Assembly: GCA_964637115.1 (NCBI GenBank)
Contig: CAZWVL010000004.1
Span: 1-64,000, forward strand
Direction of reading: 5' to 3'
Length of the DNA: 64,000 bases
From: an uncultured Methanosarcinales archaeon
GTDB taxonomy: Archaea; Nanobdellota; Nanobdellia; Woesearchaeales; ARS49
How positions within the stretch are numbered: the stretch's first letter is position 1; the number at the start of each line of letters is the position of its first letter. The position numbers were made by a program, and so were the translations under genes. Below are positions 57,438 to 64,000 of this stretch, piece by piece. The notes beneath the pieces were generated by a model. It worked only from the letters and a program-made list of their open reading frames with translations. It had not been told where the DNA came from and did not search any database.

Positions 57438-57893
57438 ATGTTGGTTCCGATTACTGAACGACGAAGGCAGATTCAAGACCTGTACGATAATAAAGCATGG
57501 GATGACTTGAGCAAATTAGGCATTATGATGAAGGAAGGGCCAAGCTCGATTGATTGTGGTGGGTATGTTCTAAAACAATTGGGATATACGTCTTCGCGGG
57601 AAACGCTTTCTATTTTATGGTCAGAGCCGCGTTCACCGGCGCCGTTAAGGACTAAGTGCATCATTGTATACCGCTTTGAAAGCAAGCCTGTAATCCAGCA
57701 GCACGGCATTTATCAGTCCGACGGCAAAGTACTTTCAAAGTGGGGCCAAAACGAGCCCGTTTTCCTGCATGAAATTCAGGACGTGCCAACTAAGTATGGC
57801 GACCTTGCTGAGTTTATTGAAATTTCTGAAGGACTTCTTTTAAAACTGCACCATTCAATTCAGGAGCACAGGATGGGCCCTGAAGATTATTAA
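57438..57893 (+). CDS. Hypothetical protein with possible papain-like Cys/His dyad
   Basis: DCGGY...QQHGIY...SKWGQ...HEIQDVPTKYG. Confidence 0.5.
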   Translation: MLVPITERRRQIQDLYDNKAWDDLSKLGIMMKEGPSSIDCGGYVLKQLGYTSSRETLSILWSEPRSPAPLRTKCIIVYRFESKPVIQQHGIYQSDGKVLSKWGQNEPVFLHEIQDVPTKYGDLAEFIEISEGLLLKLHHSIQEHRMGPEDY

Positions 57894-57897
57894 AAAT

Positions 57898-58029
57898 TCA
57901 GCTGCAGAGCTGAGCGTGCATGAATGAGATGCATTCTTTGCAGAGCGCTTCTGCTTGCACGAGTTGTGCCAGTCTGCCGCTGGGTGTTTCTCCACCTCTG
58001 TGGCCGCATATCACACAGGGCTTATGCAT
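57898..58029 (-). CDS. 43-aa CxxC...CxxC zinc-finger microprotein overlapping the radA stop
   Basis: [43 protein letters not shown]; ATGCATAA overlap. Confidence 0.55.
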   Translation of the reverse strand: MHKPCVICGHRGGETPSGRLAQLVQAEALCKECISFMHAQLCS

Positions 58030-59071
58030 CCTTGACTCCTGCTTCCGTAACTTGGAATATTGCTTCGCCTTCTGGCATGCATGGTGAGTCGACCATCTTG
58101 GCAACTCTAGTACCTTTCTTGCCTCTGCGCAAGTACAATCTGTACGTGCTGTTGTGCGCTACAATATGGCCGCCGATTGCTTCTGTTGGGTCGCCAAAGA
58201 ACTGGTCTGGCTTTGCCATTACTTGGTTCGTGACGTAGACCGCAATGTTGTGTTTGTCTGCAACCTTCATCAGCACGTGCATGTGTTTGTTGATTCTTTG
58301 CTGTCTGTCTGCGAGTGTTCCTCTGCCGATGAATTCTGCTCTGAAGTGTGCTGTCAAGCTGTCAACAACAAGGAGCTTGACATTCACGCCTTGTTTAATT
58401 AGGTCGTCAATTTTTTCTGCTAAAAGCATCTGATGGTCTGAGTTGAATGCTCGTGCTACTTTTACGCCTTTGAGCGCTTCCTGTGGGTCAAGGCCGCAGT
58501 CTTCTGCTATGCTTTTGATGCGTTCTGGTCTGAACGTGCCTTCAGTGTCTATGTAAACGCAAACTCCGCTTGCTCCTCCTTTTTCTGGTGGTAATTGTAC
58601 TCTGACAGCTAATGTGTGTGCAATTTGTGATTTTCCAGAGCCGTATTGACCGTATGCTTCTGTTATTGCTCCTGTTTCAAATCCGCCGCCCATTAGTTTG
58701 TCTAGTTCAGCGCTTCCTGTCTTTATTTTCACCATTTTCTCGCGTTTTTTCATTATTTCTTCGCCGGATGTGAATTCCATTTCGAGGTTTGCGCGTGCTA
58801 TTGCAATGATTTTCTTGGCTGTTGCTTCTGACATTTCTGTTGCGCCGACTATTTCTCCTGGTGTTGCTACAGCAATGCTCATCAAGTCGTGGAATCCTGC
58901 TGCTGCCAGTTTTTCAATTGATGCCGGCCCTACGCCTGGCAGGTCTTCAACGCTTGCTATTTTCTTTTTTGGTATTTCTTCCATTTTTTTCGCTACCTCG
59001 AAAACTCCTTCTGATGTTTCGACGCGTGCAATTGTTTCTTCATCATAATCTATTGTTCTTTTGTTTGCCAT
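58022..59071 (-). CDS. radA: DNA repair and recombination protein RadA
   Basis: N-terminal Hh[14 protein letters not shown] polymerisation motif, [32 protein letters not shown]; RBS GGTGA. Confidence 0.97.
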   Translation of the reverse strand: MANKRTIDYDEETIARVETSEGVFEVAKKMEEIPKKKIASVEDLPGVGPASIEKLAAAGFHDLMSIAVATPGEIVGATEMSEATAKKIIAIARANLEMEFTSGEEIMKKREKMVKIKTGSAELDKLMGGGFETGAITEAYGQYGSGKSQIAHTLAVRVQLPPEKGGASGVCVYIDTEGTFRPERIKSIAEDCGLDPQEALKGVKVARAFNSDHQMLLAEKIDDLIKQGVNVKLLVVDSLTAHFRAEFIGRGTLADRQQRINKHMHVLMKVADKHNIAVYVTNQVMAKPDQFFGDPTEAIGGHIVAHNSTYRLYLRRGKKGTRVAKMVDSPCMPEGEAIFQVTEAGVKDA

Positions 59072-59127
59072 GTTTATCACCTTTTTAGTTTTATTGATTG
59101 ATTTGTTGGAAATTTTACGGAGCTTAA

Positions 59128-59170
59128 TAAATAAAATAAAAAATTACCCGCAGCAGGGTTGCTGCTGGGG
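59128..59170 (-). terminator. Hairpin plus T-tract downstream of the 59200-59475 gene
   Basis: GCAGCA-GGGT-TGCTGC stem (59150-59165) extended by CCC/GGG, followed on the minus strand by TAATTTTTTATTTTATTT. Confidence 0.55.
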
Positions 59171-59199
59171 CGGGGTAGTTGTGGCTTCTTTCTTTTTCT

Positions 59200-59475
59200 T
59201 CAAATGGTCACCTCTGTTTTTGGTTGTTCATCTGCATGGCCGTTAAGCACTAGATATCTGAATGCTTCTTCTATTACAAGTGCTACTTTCGGCAGGTCAT
59301 TTACTCGTAACGAGTCTGTGCTTTTCCATTCGCCTGTCTTGTCTTTGTACCTTCTTTGCAGGCTTACCGAGTGGCTCTCGAATGTTTTGCCATCCTTGCC
59401 TACTCCGGTGTTTTTCCATATTGTTGCACTGATTGCTCCAGTGCTGAACTTTTTTTCTGGTTTATTTCCTTCCAT
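59200..59475 (-). CDS. Small PC4/Whirly-like putative ssDNA-binding protein
   Basis: KKFSTGAISATIWKN...SVSLQRRYKDKTGEWKST...DLP pattern. Confidence 0.5.
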   Translation of the reverse strand: MEGNKPEKKFSTGAISATIWKNTGVGKDGKTFESHSVSLQRRYKDKTGEWKSTDSLRVNDLPKVALVIEEAFRYLVLNGHADEQPKTEVTI

Positions 59476-59587
59476 TTTTTTACCTCTTGCTATTCGCGTT
59501 TTGTTTCAGCCCACGACTTTGCCGTGAGTGAGGTGCTCGCATGTTTACTCTTAGAACAGGCAGGGTTTAAATAGCTCAGGAAGGTGG

Positions 59588-59944
59588 TTGTCCAGTGTCC
59601 AGTGGGGGTTTATCGACGATAATAATATAAAGCCGGAATTATTCCGACATTGTATGCCTTGGTATGAAGCTGTTTACCGTGTATCAGAAAGTAGTTTTGG
59701 TGGCGTTAGATATGATCATTGGACTGGGCGGCTTAAATTTGAAGCACGAAATCATGATCATGCAACTCTGCTTGCCAGAGAAGACAGAGAACGTATGTGC
59801 GATATGTTCACGCGTTATTCTTTGATTGATGTAATCGAAAGCAAACCGCCCAAGCCAGTAAAGTTGAAAATTGTTAAAGTTGATGGTGGCAAGCTTTATT
59901 TTAATAAGGATACAAAGGAGTTGGTTGGTGCGGCCTTTCGCTAA
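59588..59944 (+). CDS. Hypothetical protein (start uncertain)
   Basis: ORF fills the gap; non-ATG start. Confidence 0.4.
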   Translation: MSSVQWGFIDDNNIKPELFRHCMPWYEAVYRVSESSFGGVRYDHWTGRLKFEARNHDHATLLAREDRERMCDMFTRYSLIDVIESKPPKPVKLKIVKVDGGKLYFNKDTKELVGAAFR

Positions 59945-60267
59945 TATCTGAATGTCAGCTGACCCGTATAACCGTTTCTTCCGCTGCTGTCTTTCATGAC
60001 TACAGGTATTGCATATTCCGAACCGATCATTTTGAGAAACTCAGTCGCCATACAACCATTAAACATACTTGGCATTTCAAATTCTTCGCCTGCTTGGGCG
60101 ATAACTTCAAGTGATGATGGTGGAAGACCTGCAAAGTTGCGTGCTCTGCAGTTTTCAAGCAGCCGCACTCTAAGTGTGCCGTTGTTTTCTGAAACAACTT
60201 CTACTGGAACGCTAATTCCAAGCACGCTCTGTGGTTTCGCTACACTAAGATATAACCTCTTTTCCAT
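59941..60267 (-). CDS. Hypothetical protein (108 aa)
   Basis: ATG-started ORF, convergent 4-nt overlap. Confidence 0.5.
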   Translation of the reverse strand: MEKRLYLSVAKPQSVLGISVPVEVVSENNGTLRVRLLENCRARNFAGLPPSSLEVIAQAGEEFEMPSMFNGCMATEFLKMIGSEYAIPVVMKDSSGRNGYTGQLTFRY

Positions 60268-60306
60268 CGTTTGTACAAAACTAAATTCCTAGCTTATTAA
60301 ATTTTA

Positions 60307-60768
60307 TTAAAAAATATGCCTCACGAAGATAAGCACGTCCAACACAAGCACCCCTCCAAGCGTCAGCAGTTCCATTAACCCATCTGTCATTATCGGCCCT
60401 TGTATTCTGAAAGTGCTGACTGGGTGCAATAAATTGCAGCCGAGTCTTGTGAAGCAATCAGATGCAAGATGTGATGTATATCCAATTGCCAGTGGAATGC
60501 CAATAATATCTAATTTTGCAAAGTGGAATCCAAAATATATGATGACTGCCGGAAATATGCTGTGGAAGAATCCTCTGTGTTCAAAGACTGCTGGAATCCA
60601 GCGTGTTATTGGCAGCATTCTGTTAATTTTGCTGTTCTTATGATCAACATCCGGCAGCAATGCTCCCAAGATGACAAGTGGGATGAAAATATACCATGAT
60701 TGATGCAATAATGGAAAGAGTATGAGTCCCGCAAGCAGTCCTATTGCCATGTGCGTTCTGCCCATCAT
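60307..60768 (-). CDS. Membrane-bound metal-dependent hydrolase (YdjM-like)
   Basis: RTHMA, LPDVDH, HRGFFHS, SHLASD. Confidence 0.88.
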   Translation of the reverse strand: MMGRTHMAIGLLAGLILFPLLHQSWYIFIPLVILGALLPDVDHKNSKINRMLPITRWIPAVFEHRGFFHSIFPAVIIYFGFHFAKLDIIGIPLAIGYTSHLASDCFTRLGCNLLHPVSTFRIQGPIMTDGLMELLTLGGVLVLDVLIFVRHIF

Positions 60769-60810
60769 CTTCAGTCACCTTTTACAGCAAGAGAAATAGC
60801 GTACTATAAA

Positions 60811-61788
60811 TTACTGCTGGCTTACTCTTGCCAGTTCTTCTTCTGGGTTTGCTTTGTAGACTTGGTTTACGATGAATTCTATTCTGTCAAAGAACGTGTT
60901 TTTCTTCGCACGGCCGATAAATCTGAATTGTTCTCCCAATAATTCTGTTTTAAGAGGTTCAAATGTTTCTGGATTGACTCTGTAAGCTACCATTTGCTCT
61001 TTGTTTTTGCTGAGTAATCTTTCTGCTTGGTTTCTGAACAATACTATTCTCATATTCTCCGTGCCATCATCTAGAAACACATTAACTAAGTAACTATAGT
61101 CAGGCATTAATGCCGAGTGTTCTTCACACACCCATTGTCCTTCTACTTCTTTCAGTCTTGATGAACATTGTGGGCAGACTTCGAAGAACTTAGGATCAAA
61201 TACTTGTACGATTGTGCCTACAACTTCTACTTGTTCGTCGCTTTCTGTTAGTTCTTTCAGGGTTTTGCGTGTTGCTTTGTTTGGCTTTACTTCTGGCACG
61301 GTTTCTTTTGGATTTAAGTTTACTCTGCTTCCTTCATTGAGATGTACTTCTTTGTAGCCTCTTTGATTCTCGCGTACCATTCCTCCTGATACTTTGACTG
61401 GCGCGCCTGTGCTTATCTGAGCAAGTAAATCTGCTTGATTTCCCCAACAGACTATTCGCACAACGCCTGTATCGTCTCCCACTAAGAAGCTGCCAACTTT
61501 TCCTGCGCTGCCGTCTGCGCGTTTGAATTCTTTGACTTCGTAAATTTGTGTTACTCTGCCAAGGATTTCTGCATTTCTCATGCCTGGCAGTAAATCTTTT
61601 ATTTTGCCGCCGCCTTCAAAGAGCTTTACTCCTAATTCATTTGCAATTATGTGTGCCGCGCCTTCTTTAGAAATGAGTCCTGCAAGTGCTACGCATTTGG
61701 CGTCTATTCTTGTCATCAAATCTGCTTCTGCAAGACCTGTTTTTTCTTTTATGCGCGCCAATATGTCTGGCAATGGCATTCTAATCAT
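60811..61788 (-). CDS. Replication protein A-like OB-fold protein with Zn finger
   Basis: VGDDTGVVRIVCWG and LDDGTENMRIVLF OB motifs; CPQC...CEEH. Confidence 0.82.
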   Translation of the reverse strand: MIRMPLPDILARIKEKTGLAEADLMTRIDAKCVALAGLISKEGAAHIIANELGVKLFEGGGKIKDLLPGMRNAEILGRVTQIYEVKEFKRADGSAGKVGSFLVGDDTGVVRIVCWGNQADLLAQISTGAPVKVSGGMVRENQRGYKEVHLNEGSRVNLNPKETVPEVKPNKATRKTLKELTESDEQVEVVGTIVQVFDPKFFEVCPQCSSRLKEVEGQWVCEEHSALMPDYSYLVNVFLDDGTENMRIVLFRNQAERLLSKNKEQMVAYRVNPETFEPLKTELLGEQFRFIGRAKKNTFFDRIEFIVNQVYKANPEEELARVSQQ

Positions 61789-61863
61789 GTTTTACCCCAT
61801 TGTTGGCAGAAATTGGTGTTTTATAAATATTTGTGTGGTGCGGTGTAAGTCAAATTAGTATAT

Positions 61864-61959
61864 CTAAGCCGCCGCGCCTCAATTACACTGAGGTGAATTT
61901 TTTTCTCCCCTTGCAAATGCAGGGGAGAAAAAATTCAGTCAAAAACCGCGGCGGCTTAG
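61864..61959. repeat. 96-nt nested inverted repeat (candidate structured ncRNA or palindromic element)
   Basis: Perfect 13-bp outer stem CTAAGCCGCCGCG/CGCGGCGGCTTAG; inner ~19-bp stem TGAATTTTTTTCTCCCC(T)TGC/GCAGGGGAGAAAAAATTCA; side hairpin CTCA...TGAG. Confidence 0.8.
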
Positions 61960-61996
61960 TAAAGCAGAACCAGCGCGTCGCTGTTCAGAAAGACAG

Positions 61997-62536
61997 TTAC
62001 GGCTTGCACGCGCTTAGGTCTGTTTTTGTGTCTATAGTAAAGCTCGGGGCAAACCATATGTGTCCGATATTTTCAAGAACTAATCCTTTTAGTGTCAGGT
62101 CTTGTTTGACGGGCAGGATTGCAATTGCGTGGATGTTCTTGCCCTCCAAATAGAGTTCATAATTGTTTTTTGGGATTTTTGTGACGGGCGATTGTGCATT
62201 GTAAGCATCTATGTATTTGTCGAGTTCTTGGTTGAATCTTGGTGTTAGGCCTGTTGTGCACGCAGTAAGTACGTCAGGCATAGAAAGTTCTGCTGATTTT
62301 TCAAGATATGTTATGATGTTTTCTTTTACATATGGCGCTTTTAACAGCGCCATTTCAGTATCTCCCAGCGTTGTCTTGTTTTCCGCAACTTTTGTGGTGA
62401 GCTGCAAGAACAGGAACGAAAGTGCCATAACTACCACAACTATCATGCTGAGTGCATAATCTAGTCCGCGCTTCGAAAAACGAAGTTTTTTGAAGCTAGA
62501 AAATGCCGTGCATTTTCTTTGTTTGTTCATCCCCAT
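61997..62536 (-). CDS. Pilin-like/class III signal peptide protein
   Basis: RFSKRG|LDYALSMIVVVVMALSFLFL: basic-G then hydrophobic helix. Confidence 0.55.
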   Translation of the reverse strand: MGMNKQRKCTAFSSFKKLRFSKRGLDYALSMIVVVVMALSFLFLQLTTKVAENKTTLGDTEMALLKAPYVKENIITYLEKSAELSMPDVLTACTTGLTPRFNQELDKYIDAYNAQSPVTKIPKNNYELYLEGKNIHAIAILPVKQDLTLKGLVLENIGHIWFAPSFTIDTKTDLSACKP

Positions 62537-63514
62537 TTCACCTTCATGGTCAGCTTGAATTTTATTGCCTTGCCTGGTTTTACCGGCAGGTATGCTTCTT
62601 GGCTTGTGTCTTGAAGAACGTTAAGTCCAATTGCTTTTATGAGCCGCCAGACAGGATCGACAGCTATTGCAAGACTCCAACTGGCAATTACGTGCAGTGG
62701 TTCATTGCTTGTAACTGAGAGCGTGCAGTCTTTTGTCGAAGTGCAGCTGGCACTGTAGCTTCCTTTTGGCAGCGCAATATAATTTTTTGCATAGTTTTCA
62801 ATTATTGTTGCGGCAGTGCTTGCATCTTTGTCGGCTATTTCTATGCCGTGTTTATCGATGAGCTCAGCAAAGAAGTTTTGTAGTTCTACATTTGCTGCTA
62901 TGCTTTCTGCCTGATTTTTCTCTGCTGCCGTAATATTGTTTCCAACCCAGATGTAGAAAATGATGATTAAGATTGCTATGATGAATATTGAAAGTATTAG
63001 TTTTGCCCCTTCCAATGCTCCGCGTTTATTTTTTGAGTTCATATTTTCTTGGATAATATTCTTCTATGGTTAAATTCTGGATTGTGCCTTCTGCCATTAC
63101 TTTGCGTTGTTCTATGTAAGTTTCATACTTGAATTTGGCAAGGGGTTTTGCGCGTTTGTAGAATAGTTCATCGTAAACCGCACTTTTTCCGTCGAGTGAA
63201 ACATTGTAAGTGAGAAGTTTTGTCGTGTAGAGCTTATCCAACCCAGCCAAGTTTGCAGTATAAAGGAATGGGCTTGTTTGCCCCGTGTATTCACTTGTAA
63301 TCCAAAGTCTGCTTTTTATCTGTTGTGCTAGGACTGCTTGGTCTATTGATATCGGTTGCACACTGGATTCAACAAGGTTTTTTGGAATTATGACCATTGA
63401 TAACGCTACACACGCAGTGAGGAATGCGTACCACGCTGCAAAAAGGAGAAGATTTCTGGGTCCATTCGCTCTCCTTGAAAAGCGTAGCTTTTCGAGGCTC
63501 GAAAATGCCGTGCA
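62471..63514. repeat. 42-bp in-frame palindromic element, two copies (62471-62512 and 63473-63514)
   Basis: 34/42 identical by hand; 11-bp stem with 3-nt loop and two compensatory pair changes, followed by CT(A/C)GAAAATGCCGTGCA. Confidence 0.85.
62527..63042 (-). CDS. Pilin-like/class III signal peptide protein
   Basis: KNKRG|ALEGAKLILSIFIIAILIIIFYIWV. Confidence 0.6.
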   Translation of the reverse strand: MNSKNKRGALEGAKLILSIFIIAILIIIFYIWVGNNITAAEKNQAESIAANVELQNFFAELIDKHGIEIADKDASTAATIIENYAKNYIALPKGSYSASCTSTKDCTLSVTSNEPLHVIASWSLAIAVDPVWRLIKAIGLNVLQDTSQEAYLPVKPGKAIKFKLTMKVKWG

Positions 63515-63535
63515 TCGTTGCTTATACCACGCCAT
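63026..63535 (-). CDS. Pilin-like membrane-anchored protein
   Basis: RFSRRA|NGPRNLLLFAAWYAFLTACVALSMVII. Confidence 0.45.
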   Translation of the reverse strand: MAWYKQRCTAFSSLEKLRFSRRANGPRNLLLFAAWYAFLTACVALSMVIIPKNLVESSVQPISIDQAVLAQQIKSRLWITSEYTGQTSPFLYTANLAGLDKLYTTKLLTYNVSLDGKSAVYDELFYKRAKPLAKFKYETYIEQRKVMAEGTIQNLTIEEYYPRKYELKK

Positions 63536-64000
63536 ATTTTTTCACCCCTTCAAATATCGCGTTTGCTAGGTTGCCCGTGCTGCCCAGTATGCTTGTTTTT
63601 TTCTGCGCATTGCCTATTTCAAGTATTACTGCCGGCCTTTTTCCTTTGAGCACTTGTTTTGCATCATCTGCTGCTAATCTGCTGACATCTATTGGTATTG
63701 GTCTTACCGGCAGGTTGAATTCTGTTGTTATTGTGTTAAGTATTTCGCACGCTAATCTTTTGCTGTTTTTGTTTTCTGGATTATAGTATGCTTTGACAAC
63801 CTCTAAATCGTCTGCTCTGCTTCCTACGTGCAGTGAAAGTAAAGCATCTCCTGCCTTGTTTTGTCTTACGTCAATTGATGCAACACTGTCCGCATCTAAT
63901 GCGCGTGTTGGATTTACAATCACTCCTCCTGCTGCTATTGTGAATGATTTTGCAAGCCGCATTGTGTATTTGCTTTCTTTCAAACCCACACTGTCAATTG
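63522..64000 (-). CDS. N-acetylmuramoyl-L-alanine amidase-like protein (Amidase_3 fold), 5'-truncated by the window
   Basis: ESKYTMRLAK, NPTR, DALLSLHVG, SKRLACEIL, PAVILEIGN, LANAIFEGV; frame stays open to position 64000. Confidence 0.72.
   Translation of the reverse strand, partial: IDSVGLKESKYTMRLAKSFTIAAGGVIVNPTRALDADSVASIDVRQNKAGDALLSLHVGSRADDLEVVKAYYNPENKNSKRLACEILNTITTEFNLPVRPIPIDVSRLAADDAKQVLKGKRPAVILEIGNAQKKTSILGSTGNLANAIFEGVKKYGVV

Noticed and set aside
61864-61959. Identification of the long hairpin as RNase P or SRP RNA
   Set aside because: No GAGGAAAGUCC P4 strand or SRP helix-8 motif found; only a partial CGGCTTA resemblance. Kept as an unassigned structure.

Overview
Archaeal chromosome segment. 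RadA/RadB, RFC large subunit, aMBF1, TRAM protein, archaeal-type GlyRS, BRE/TATA promoters and tight ATGA gene overlaps support this; the compact gene style suggests a DPANN lineage such as Woesearchaeota, which is inference. Housekeeping genes (type IV pilus/T2SS-like ATPase and platform protein, tRNA-Phe, ssb, glyS, rfcL, valS, cysS, NOP2/RsmB plus Nip7-like, rps2, thpR, radA/radB, RPA) surround a ~25 kb accessory block at 7.5-32.7 kb. That block holds TEN Liv-type lipoprotein substrate-binding proteins (SBPs) for a single LivHMGF transporter. It also holds a secreted protein resembling a bacterial outer-membrane beta-barrel, two AbrB-PhoU-type regulators and two membrane-anchored kinases (Hanks-type and APH-type) whose predicted outer domains look like degenerate lytic-transglycosylase folds. 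An unknown small-protein family is interleaved, and three members share a near-identical 60-bp 5' head. At the right edge a peptidoglycan amidase-like gene heads an operon of pilin-like genes, two of which carry a 42-bp palindromic element with compensatory changes. Several non-coding hairpins and unannotated micro-ORFs were also found. No CRISPR array, rRNA, integrase or transposase was seen. All family assignments are from motif recognition by eye; no searches were run.
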